NCBI GenBank assembly: GCA_937625935.1
Contig: OW569389.1
Coordinates: forward strand, 310,001 to 374,000
Origin: Tetramitus jugosus
Lineage: Eukaryota; Protista; Heterolobosea
Length of the DNA stretch: 64,000 nucleotides
Direction: 5' to 3'
The notes beneath the pieces are model-generated. The model saw only the letters and a list, made by a program, of their open reading frames with translations, did not search any database and had not been told where the DNA came from. Below, piece after piece: positions 55,127 through 64,000 of the stretch; within the stretch, counting starts at the first letter, position 1; every line of letters starts with the position of its first letter. The translations under genes and the position numbers were made by a program.

Positions 55127-57442
55127 CTACAGCTCGGCCGTTGCTCCAGCAATTGCAATAGCAGCGGACTTGCCCTTAGCAGGACTCATGTTCCGTTGAT
55201 TCTGGTTGCCAATCGAGGAAGGTGGCGAGTTCCCTGTCTTGTTGCTCTGCTCATTTCCATCGAATCCCCTGCTCCGGGTCATGGCATGCAACTTGTACAG
55301 CTCCAATTGTTGGTGATAGATAAGTTCTTGCTGTCTCAACAGTAATTGTTCCATTCGTAAGCACATGGCGGCATCTCTATCTTGAGCGTTCATTCCTGAG
55401 AGTACGGCAGTATCGTCCGATCTCGTTGCACTCGTGCTACCACTACTACGAGCAGTGCTAAGAGAGTCATTGGGTGGAGATGTTCCTGGTACAGGTGCGG
55501 GTGTGTTCAATGTGCGACCTGGTCCCAACAAGGACGACGATGGTGGCCCATGTTGACTATAGTATGGAATATTCTTTTGTTGCATTTCCTTGTACAGAGA
55601 GTACGGTGGTTGACTTCTATTGTACTGAGGATGATTGTAATCGTTCCAATTGTAGTCTACAGGCCTTCCCTCATCATACATCTCTTCATCAGACTGCTGT
55701 TGTTGTGCACTTTCGCTCACATCATACAAATCTTCATTGTCAAAGTAGTCCACTTCTTTTGAAGATGAAGGAGAAGATGTGGCTGTTCGTTTGCGAGGTG
55801 ACCGTTGAGTCCTGCTCCTGTTTGTGCTGCCAGCTGCAGTGAAGCGAGTGGTCGACTTGTTTTGTCGTACATCATCTTCCTCTTCTTCTTCATCTTCCAT
55901 GGATGATGTGTTGCCTTGTGCAGTTGAAGAAGATGCATTGGTGGTAGCAGAGGAGATTGGTGTCATGGGTTCATCATCTGAGCTACCACCAGCGACAGCA
56001 TTTCCAGCACCACTCGTTTGAGTGCTACCCGTGGCAAATGCACTAAACATGGAGTCATACGAAGAGTGTGGTGTCGTGCTTGTTGCACTCGTAGGCGATT
56101 TGATCATGGTGTCACCAGATTCATCTTGTTGTTGTTGATTAGAAAAGAATGGTTGTCTATATCTCTTGAGTGGAGGCAATGGAGAGAGATCGTCCTTGTT
56201 TCGTGCATATGCCTTCTTCAATGGCAGATTATTCATCGGTTGTGGCGATGATTCCTTCTTCTTGATGTTATTGTTGGCTGCACTGTTGCTGCTACTACTA
56301 CTGCTGCTATTGGTCTTGAAACGTCCATAGGAATCTGAAGCTACACTGGGTGACAGTGGACTCTTGCTTCGATTGGAGGTGCTTTGCTTTGGTTTCTTGC
56401 TAGTAGGTGTTGGTGGCTTTCGACCACCAAGAGTCGTTGGAGAAGCACCACCAGTGTGAGGTGAAAAGTTTCCATTGCTTTGGCCACTGGTAGGAGTAGG
56501 AGGCTTTCTCTGAGCTCTATCCATTTCTAGTGGTCGTTGTTGACCATGTCTGCTCAAGTAGAGACCACACTTGTTGCAAAGTGTATGACCTTCGCTATCT
56601 TTTCTCCACAGCGGACTATTGGTTGCTTTACAATTGTGGCAAAAATTGGATGATTTGCTGCTGCGACCTCCGCTGGTGCTTGTGCTAGTGGTGGGAGACC
56701 TCTTCTTTTTCAATGTGGCAGATGGCGAGGATGACAGGGAGGACACAGGAGAGGCGGAGGATGAAGACGACGATGATGAACCAGGAACAGTTAAGCTATG
56801 CTGCTGTGATGAGGAGCTACTACTGGAAGAGCTGCTCGTTGTTTGATAAGGAACGGAAGGGGCACTGAATGGAGAGCTAGGGGTGCTGGGAGTCGTTGGC
56901 GTAATGGGAGTCGTACTCAGCGGACTTGCTCTACCAGTAGCGGGAAATAAATTAGCTCCGCCGACAGGCGTTGAGGGGGACATTTTGAGGCGCTTTGGAA
57001 TAGGCAGGCCACTCGCAGCAATGTTACCAAAGGGAGAGACAGGAGACGACACAGATGGAGAGAAAGGACTGCTTGGAGCTACCATTGTTGATGCCTTGGA
57101 GGAAGTATCTAGCGAGCTTAATGGCTTGTTATGGAAGGGATGAGAATTTGAGCTTGAGCTGCTGCTACTGCGACTACTGGAAGAGCTACTGGAGATGAGT
57201 GGTGGTTGAAAGCTATTGACAGCAGTTGTTGTTGGTTGTGAAGGAGGAGGAACAACAGAGAGTACTGGTTGTTGACTCGTCGTCGTTGTTGAGCTTTTGT
57301 TGCTATAGTTGTTATTGTTGTTGGTATTGGGTGTTGCTGTTGTTGAGTGGTGACTTGTGCTGCTTGCAGCGCTGAGAATATTGGCAAAAATGCCATGATT
57401 GTTGTTGGAGGAGGCTTGTTTTTCTGATGGGTGGTTCGACAT
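55127..57442 (-). CDS. GATA zinc-finger transcription factor
   Basis: C-X2-C-X17-C-X2-C finger ([28 protein letters not shown]) within low-complexity sequence. Confidence 0.92.
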   Translation of the reverse strand: MSNHPSEKQASSNNNHGIFANILSAASSTSHHSTTATPNTNNNNNYSNKSSTTTTSQQPVLSVVPPPSQPTTTAVNSFQPPLISSSSSSSRSSSSSSSNSHPFHNKPLSSLDTSSKASTMVAPSSPFSPSVSSPVSPFGNIAASGLPIPKRLKMSPSTPVGGANLFPATGRASPLSTTPITPTTPSTPSSPFSAPSVPYQTTSSSSSSSSSSQQHSLTVPGSSSSSSSSASPVSSLSSSPSATLKKKRSPTTSTSTSGGRSSKSSNFCHNCKATNSPLWRKDSEGHTLCNKCGLYLSRHGQQRPLEMDRAQRKPPTPTSGQSNGNFSPHTGGASPTTLGGRKPPTPTSKKPKQSTSNRSKSPLSPSVASDSYGRFKTNSSSSSSSNSAANNNIKKKESSPQPMNNLPLKKAYARNKDDLSPLPPLKRYRQPFFSNQQQQDESGDTMIKSPTSATSTTPHSSYDSMFSAFATGSTQTSGAGNAVAGGSSDDEPMTPISSATTNASSSTAQGNTSSMEDEEEEEDDVRQNKSTTRFTAAGSTNRSRTQRSPRKRTATSSPSSSKEVDYFDNEDLYDVSESAQQQQSDEEMYDEGRPVDYNWNDYNHPQYNRSQPPYSLYKEMQQKNIPYYSQHGPPSSSLLGPGRTLNTPAPVPGTSPPNDSLSTARSSGSTSATRSDDTAVLSGMNAQDRDAAMCLRMEQLLLRQQELIYHQQLELYKLHAMTRSRGFDGNEQSNKTGNSPPSSIGNQNQRNMSPAKGKSAAIAIAGATAEL

Positions 57443-58300
57443 GTTTTTGAGATAAATAGTAAGGTAGTTTTTGGTTCTGTGGATTGATCTCTCTTATCTG
57501 TGTGTGAGTATAGAAGAAGCGGGAGAGGAGGTGTTAAAAAATTTTGATGGTGTGTGAAGTGTGTGTTGAGATCTGATGATCTGGTGCTTCTCTTCTGGGT
57601 GGAAAGCGAGTCGGGAGATTGAGGAATAGGGTACGTCCGTCAAGTCAAGGGAATTTTTCTGCGGCACAGAGAGAGCTAAGGAGCTTTGGGCCAAGATAAT
57701 ATCGAGTTGCTGGTTTTTGTTTGTTCTTGTTTGTTTCTTCTTGTTGTGAGCCAGGTTGATCAAATGTTTTGACAGAATGAATAAGGATGGGACCAAAGTT
57801 GGGAACACAGACAAGGAGGTTTCGTTTAGATTAGGTCGTTTGTTGTCTGTTTTGTGCGTGTTAGCCGACAAAGATCTCGCCTCACCAACGACGAAAAGCT
57901 CAAAGTTTTTATTCAAGAAGATTCTCGGACTATTTCATGACAACTCGTTGTCAGTGTCAAAAACCTCCGAGACGATCTGGAGGCCGTTGAAGTACGAGAT
58001 TTGATTTTACATGTGCCAGTAACAGATCTATTCGATTGGCGTTGCTGCCCGGGGAAGAAGAGAATAAAAGATATTCTGAAGCTTTGCCACAGACAGCAAC
58101 AGTTCAGGATCAGATATTATCCAGAAACTTCGCAGGTGTACTTGATGACGAATATTTCTTTGAAAGGTCGTCAAAACCAATCTTTCCAAATCTTCGTCGT
58201 GACATCTTATTGCCAGTTAATGAGACTAAAATCTCACTGTTTTTTCACACACAGAATAACATGATGAAAGTAATAAAGAATAAATAAAAAGTAACTTTAC

Positions 58301-59125
58301 TTAACAGAATCTGTCTCCATTGAAAGCGGATGGAAGGTCCTTCATCTTGATGAGGTGGACTCCTTTAGCTTTCATGTCGGCCTTTGCTGCGTCAATGGTT
58401 GCTGCAGCGATACCAACAGTAGCATCTTGAATCACAAATGTCTTGTAACCATAGGATGACTTGGAGTCAGAAGCAGAGAAGTAGACACAGTAGTCCAATG
58501 CAATACCAACGAGGTAAACCTCATCAATATCGTGAGCAATCAAAATGTTGTTCAAAACAGTCTCGTGGAAATGACCATTGTCAAAGAATGCAGAGTAGGA
58601 GTCAAGGTCACACTTGTAACCCTTTTGGACAACGACATCAGTGCTCTTCTTGATCAAATTTCCAACAAAGTCAGCATCAGTAGTGTTTTGGACACAGTGA
58701 TCAGGCCACAAAGTCTGGCTCAAGGTAACAGTTTGAGCACCAGTGCAGTCAACACCATAGTTTGCCTTTGGAGCCAAGTTTGAGGTAGTACACAAGTCAC
58801 CATTAGTATTGTACACGAGATCTCTTGAAGAGAAAACTGGATAACCGACGTGAGCAGAAGCAAAAGAAGCATGGTTAGGACAATGCCAATCTTGAGTTCT
58901 CACAACAAGGTCAAAGTGTTGCTCATATCTGTTTCTGATTCTGTTAATGGTTGGAACAATGCCCAATCCACCAGAAACAGCCAATGTGCCTCCTTCAACA
59001 AAGCAGTTTTGTACATCAATCATCAATAGGGCTCTCTTTGGGGAGATACGACGAGCTTGGGTAAGGGAGCTTGAAAAGCAGATCAGGGCGAGCAATAGAG
59101 CTACAACAGTGGTTTTGTACATCAT
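58301..59125 (-). CDS. Nicotinamidase/pyrazinamidase with signal peptide
   Basis: IDVQNCF..GGTLAV, TQDWH, HASF, LWPDHCVQ, KG..DSYSAF and GIALDYCV. Confidence 0.92.
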   Translation of the reverse strand: MMYKTTVVALLLALICFSSSLTQARRISPKRALLMIDVQNCFVEGGTLAVSGGLGIVPTINRIRNRYEQHFDLVVRTQDWHCPNHASFASAHVGYPVFSSRDLVYNTNGDLCTTSNLAPKANYGVDCTGAQTVTLSQTLWPDHCVQNTTDADFVGNLIKKSTDVVVQKGYKCDLDSYSAFFDNGHFHETVLNNILIAHDIDEVYLVGIALDYCVYFSASDSKSSYGYKTFVIQDATVGIAAATIDAAKADMKAKGVHLIKMKDLPSAFNGDRFC

Positions 59126-59761
59126 GGCTTGAATTAGATAGTAAAATTATACAGAGGGAGAGGTATGGGGGAAATATAGTAAATTACAAGATTGGCTTAT
59201 ATAGAGTATTCACTTGGCTACAGGCAGTAGTTGTAGTGTGTTGTTATATAGATTAGTATGTTGGAGTTATGTTACAAGTTTTGTTTTGTTTTGGTAGAGA
59301 GGAAGGTTGAAGGAACAAAGATACTGTCTTCCCTTTTTATAGGGAAATAGTATCTACGTGGTCGAGCGAACATGTCAAAGGTTACTGACATTGATCCGAG
59401 CTAACTGCCCAAGGGCGGATGTAAAGCGATTTCGTCCTCATCAACTGTTACTTAAAACGCGCTGATGGGCGAAACTGCTCCATCATATGTCAGTGATCTT
59501 GGGTTACTCTGTATGGCCTTTGTATTGGCCAATGTGAGGGTATTCAATAAATGAATCAACCTCACACACAATGGAAGGTTGCAAGGAGGAGTATAATGTG
59601 CGAATTTGAAGGGTTGTAATGAATTCACGAATACTTGACTATTGGCCGCTTACTTGGCTACAAAAAGGGGAGCTGCAAAGCGATTTTCAGATCTACGAGA
59701 TTTTTATTTCAACTGAATGTGATCCGACGATCTACGAGTTTAATTGTCATTATGGCTCAAA

Positions 59762-62700
59762 TCAGTCCGACCGAATTGATTGTCGCACATTTTGCTGCAT
59801 GTTGTTCTTACATTGGGAGATCATTTGAGAGCAAACGATATCCTCCGGATTCTTGGAATAGAATCGATAGAACACCTCCAATGCCTGTTCATAATCTCCA
59901 GAGCGCATTAGTTCATGACCCATTCGATACTCACTCCATTTGTCTCCACTCTCGCGGTTCAAATCTTCGACCCATTCGTCTCCTCCTCTCATTTCTCCTA
60001 ATTCATATGCACCTGCTTCAATGGGTCTCAACAAGAATTCCTCTTTAACAGCTTCATGAACATCTTCAGATACTAGTACGTGGACACCAGTTTCAGCACT
60101 TCGGAAGCACAAACGATTGGCATTCTTTGCTGCATGTCCGATAATTGTGAAAAACTTTGTACTATCGCTACCAATATTACCATAGAATACTGGACCACTG
60201 CTAATTCCGATCGAGAGATCCAGAATTGGTAATTGTTTTGCAGCCCAGTTCTGTTGCAATTTTTTCAAAGCATCTAGTGCCGCGTTTGCAGTCTTGCAGG
60301 CTCTAGTTTTGTGGTCATGTTGTGTTATGAAGGAATTCCATACAATGACAGCCTTGCTTGAAGACAGAGAAACAAGTTGTCCGTTGGAGTCTCTGATACA
60401 ATCCTTCATTGCAGCCAGAAGATCCTTTGCAGTTTCAGAAATGTCACCTGCCGAGTATTGTTCCAATACTTCTAAAAATTCAGAAAATCGCACTGTCATC
60501 ACACTAATATTACTGCTTACCAGAGCAGATTTAAGGGCTCTATTTACAATACCAGTATTGAGACGCATAGCGGATTCATTACTGCTGCTGGAATCAATGG
60601 AAGATCTGCGTGAGTGAGGAGAGCCACTGCTTTGTTGATCATTGGCAACTTTTTCGTTGACAACATCAGCAGATACTTCTGCTTCGATGATAGTAAGAAT
60701 ATGATCAGGAATGAACTGTTTGAATTGCTTGAGACGAGCAATCATGGACGAGAATGTGTTTCTCATGACCTTAATCTCAGTGAAGAAACCATCATCTTTC
60801 GCCAATATCTTTTCCACCTTTTCTAATTGCAACATCTTGATTGCTTCAGCAAGTTTCATCATATTCAAAATTGGTTTCATGAACAACTTAGCAGCCAAAA
60901 ATGATACCAAAACACTGATTACGAGAAGAATTAGAGTCGCTGAAGCCATAATACCAATGCTAATGTACATGTTCCTGTAAAATGTAGCCATTGGTAAGGA
61001 TTGAACGATAATCCAATCCATTCCATAATCGTCTTGGAGTCGACCAAGATTCAGTGCTTGATATCTGTCATTCAGTTTAAAAATGTCAAAGTGTTTTTCA
61101 GTACCTGCCCTGTTAAAGGAGTTACCATACTTGGATCTTGCAAACTTTAGCATTGCTCGTATTCTTTCATTCTCGGCTTTGGAGCCATCATATCTATCAA
61201 TATCATTGGATCTCTGTTTGAATAGAGTCACTGATGAATCACTTGTAGCAATCATGTAACTAGTGCTTGCTTCAATAATAGCAATAACACTACCATCGTC
61301 CTTGGCCTGGCTTTCCAAAAACTGATTCAGTGAATCAGTTGTAGCACCAAGACCGTAGTAACCGAGAACATTAGTTGAACTTGAATCCAACAACGGTATC
61401 AAGAAATTAATGAACAATCTACCTGCAAAAGATCCTCCAGCAACACCATATGGCTCTGTCCATGATATTTTCTTCGCACTGATCACAAAACGATCAAAGT
61501 CATTGTACAAATCCGTGGCTGCTAAGGTTCTTATTTCAGATGGCAGAGTTCTGATGTTCGTCCACTGGGTGTTGGAAAGATTGGCGACTTGATACCAGGT
61601 CACATCTCGTTTGTCAGTGCTCAAATAGGAATCATAATACTCTAGAGTGTTCTTTGCAAAATTCTTCGAGATACCACTCTTGGAAAAGTCTGGTAGTCCC
61701 AAGTAAGAAGAAGACATGATTCTGGCTCTTCCATAATTTGTGACAAAAGTGTTAAAGGTCATCTCCATTGCCTGATCTGCATCTGTGATTGAAAAGTTTT
61801 GACTGCGAAGTTGAGTAGCGGCTGTTAAAGCAATTGAAGAATGTTCTTGAATGCTCTCTCTCAAATAGGACAGGGTCTCACTAAATGACTTTCTCCGAAT
61901 TTGAGTTGCACTCGCCGAAATGCTTGTGGCAAAGAAACTAATGGAAATAATGGCAATGGCACCTACACAGAGAACGGCAACGAGTGCAATGATCAGGATA
62001 AGTGCTGTTTGAAGGCTTACACAACAGTCACGCACCTTGTTTGATCTCATCTTTTCTTCCACTCGATTTGTTGGCTTCAACGATCCACCTACACTGCTCA
62101 GCAATTGTACCAATTCTACATTTTTGTTTTGAATGGCATGAGCGAGTGGTGTCTTGCCATCCAAGTCTCCATCATTTATATTTACTTCAGAGCATCGACA
62201 GAAGAATGCTACTGCTTCTTTACGACCATTCTTCACAGCAAGCAACAATGGTGTGTCTCCATACTTGTCTGCCTTGTTCAAATGAGGACCAAAATTCGAT
62301 GCCGATCCAACATCAATGCCCTTGATTAATGCCAACAAGCCATCCATAATTCCTTCTGTTGCAGCTCTGTGGAACAAGTTACGTCCATAGGCATTCACCG
62401 TTGTCATCAACTTGAAAATCTCTCTAGGAAACTGTTTGGTAAAAAAGTTACAAATTTCAGGATAAGGAAGTGCGTGAAACAGCACAGTTTCTTCTTCAAT
62501 GTTCCTTCTGTGTGGCGACGCCGATAGATTGAGCACTAGAAACTGAACAGCAATGATATCACCATTCTCAGCTACAGAGTGAAGCACAGTATTACCCTTT
62601 GTGCCTCTCAAGTGAACTTCTAATCCCCTAGAAGAAGCCAACAACTCTGCCATCTTGTAATCCCTAGCCTTGAGTGCAATGAGCAGTGGAAACTTGTTGT

Positions 62701-63328
62701 AAACATCTTTTTGGTTGATGTTGGCGCCACGAGACAACAAAAAAGCGGCAGCTTCATGACAATGATTAGCCACAGCATAGAGCAATGGAGTTGACTGAAT
62801 CGAATCAGTGAGATCAATATTGGGAAAGTGACTTGAAATGACTTCCATACATCGATGCTTATTGTTCTGAGCTAACAAGTGAAGTAATGTACAATTATCT
62901 GTCCGTCTATCGACAATCTTATGAATAGGTTGTAGTGTAGTAGTAGTAGTAGTCGTTGTTGTTGTTGTGCTATTTCTATTACTCGTACTACTTAAAATAT
63001 CATTGTTAGTATTGTTGTTTGTGTTATTGTTGTTAATGGCACTGTGAATCACAGTGTATTCCTCTAGTAGTTGAGCCATGAGTTCACTAGCAATCGTATC
63101 ATCACCATTCTCACACAAGAAGAGTAATTTATCTTGAATACTGTGGCACATGGTTGTCATTTGATCAATGAGCTCTGAGATGCCTCTTGGATCCACTGGT
63201 TTCTCTGCATGTGACTGTTGTTTCACAGCTGTGGACTTGTTCTTGGTGTTGTTGTCCAACTGGGGCCATTGTTGGATAATATTGATGATTGGTTGTCTTG
63301 CCGTTATGGCATTGGAAGTCACGACCAT
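59762..63328 (-). CDS. Ankyrin-repeat / TM / Cache-like / HAMP / class III cyclase-like receptor
   Basis: Ankyrin repeats (TPLLYAV, GNTVLH, GDTPLLLAV, GKTPLAHA), two TMs flanking a WTEPY Cache-like domain, a HAMP-like linker and a cyclase fold (SIGISSGPVFYGNIGS). First ATG at 63328. Confidence 0.87.
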   Translation of the reverse strand: MVVTSNAITARQPIINIIQQWPQLDNNTKNKSTAVKQQSHAEKPVDPRGISELIDQMTTMCHSIQDKLLFLCENGDDTIASELMAQLLEEYTVIHSAINNNNTNNNTNNDILSSTSNRNSTTTTTTTTTTTLQPIHKIVDRRTDNCTLLHLLAQNNKHRCMEVISSHFPNIDLTDSIQSTPLLYAVANHCHEAAAFLLSRGANINQKDVYNKFPLLIALKARDYKMAELLASSRGLEVHLRGTKGNTVLHSVAENGDIIAVQFLVLNLSASPHRRNIEEETVLFHALPYPEICNFFTKQFPREIFKLMTTVNAYGRNLFHRAATEGIMDGLLALIKGIDVGSASNFGPHLNKADKYGDTPLLLAVKNGRKEAVAFFCRCSEVNINDGDLDGKTPLAHAIQNKNVELVQLLSSVGGSLKPTNRVEEKMRSNKVRDCCVSLQTALILIIALVAVLCVGAIAIISISFFATSISASATQIRRKSFSETLSYLRESIQEHSSIALTAATQLRSQNFSITDADQAMEMTFNTFVTNYGRARIMSSSYLGLPDFSKSGISKNFAKNTLEYYDSYLSTDKRDVTWYQVANLSNTQWTNIRTLPSEIRTLAATDLYNDFDRFVISAKKISWTEPYGVAGGSFAGRLFINFLIPLLDSSSTNVLGYYGLGATTDSLNQFLESQAKDDGSVIAIIEASTSYMIATSDSSVTLFKQRSNDIDRYDGSKAENERIRAMLKFARSKYGNSFNRAGTEKHFDIFKLNDRYQALNLGRLQDDYGMDWIIVQSLPMATFYRNMYISIGIMASATLILLVISVLVSFLAAKLFMKPILNMMKLAEAIKMLQLEKVEKILAKDDGFFTEIKVMRNTFSSMIARLKQFKQFIPDHILTIIEAEVSADVVNEKVANDQQSSGSPHSRRSSIDSSSSNESAMRLNTGIVNRALKSALVSSNISVMTVRFSEFLEVLEQYSAGDISETAKDLLAAMKDCIRDSNGQLVSLSSSKAVIVWNSFITQHDHKTRACKTANAALDALKKLQQNWAAKQLPILDLSIGISSGPVFYGNIGSDSTKFFTIIGHAAKNANRLCFRSAETGVHVLVSEDVHEAVKEEFLLRPIEAGAYELGEMRGGDEWVEDLNRESGDKWSEYRMGHELMRSGDYEQALEVFYRFYSKNPEDIVCSQMISQCKNNMQQNVRQSIRSD

Positions 63329-64000
63329 CTTTTTAGTTTTTAGTTGGTTGTAGCTTTGTGATTCTCTCTTCACAACGGTTGTTGTAGTAGCTTATGGTTG
63401 GTTGCTAAAGGATGATATGATCTTTGCTTTTGTCGATTGACGTTACAACGACAGGATTTCGAGAGTGTGTGGCAAAAAGAGATCTTTTGGTTGACCAAGC
63501 AGTGGTTTGTTGTGGAAGCTACTTTCCAAGTGGTTGTGGTTTCTTTTCTGTTTGTGGTGTTGATTGTGGTTGAGGTGAGATGTCCACTGTTAATATGGTA
63601 ACGAATTTACACTGCTGGTCAAAAGGACGGTGGGGAAAAATGAAATCCTAAATGTTCTTGTCAGTGTCAAAATCTCCCTCATGTGTTGATTCGAAGTTGG
63701 GATAGCGTCGCCTTTCATCAAAATCGGATTTATTTTTTGGCCTAATCTGCTTTCGTTTCACGGCGACAAGTCCAAACAAGGTAACACTACTGATGGATTA
63801 AGGGTCATTTATAGACATGATACTCATCGCACGTCAGACATGAATCGAAGGATCACCTACAAGGTAGAATCTCTTGCCCAAGTGGTTTTTGCGGCCCAAC
63901 AACCAATACAAAGAACGTATCATGGGTTCATATGTCTTAAAGACGAGATTTGAACATTGTTCTTAATTAATGAGCCTATGGACAAATATCTGCAGAGGGA

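Noticed and set aside
57756-58287. Short plus-strand ORFs between the GATA and nicotinamidase genes
   Set aside because: Non-ATG or weak starts and no recognisable motifs.
171-63353. Numerous short antisense or alternate-frame ORFs in the ORF track
   Set aside because: They are shadows of real genes caused by codon bias and low-complexity sequence.

Overview
Gene-dense, intron-poor eukaryotic DNA, most likely from a heterolobosean amoeba (Naegleria-like). This is inferred from the F-box/DUF4116 protein, the RGS-START fusion, the Cache-HAMP-cyclase receptor and short GT-AG introns with CTAAC branch points. About 27 host genes are present, including CDC27, pyroglutamyl peptidase, CWC21, mitochondrial S18, ERMP1, AspRS, Rab5, TruA, a GT37-like fucosyltransferase, G-beta, a LARP, dephospho-CoA kinase, a GATA factor and nicotinamidase. 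The standout feature is a stack of four related L1/Tx1-like non-LTR retroelements (about 4316-12430) that begins 55-57 bp upstream of a tRNA-Lys(CTT) gene, head-to-head with it. A perfect 17-bp target-site duplication indicates that two divergent elements have 5' junctions at the same position relative to the tRNA. The array holds an RT-deleted copy, a 5'-truncated RT copy, an ORF1-only copy and a minimal mosaic copy; the three poly(A)-tailed copies share a 3' stem-loop. This looks like a tRNA-gene-targeting retrotransposon system analogous to Dictyostelium TRE5, which I do not know to be described in this lineage. Other oddities are a 2146-aa repeat-expanded protein resembling bacterial SWIM-family solenoids, a Harbinger/IS5-type transposase lacking its first catalytic Asp, and several apparent pseudo-enzymes. 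All homology calls are from motif recognition by eye; no searches were run.
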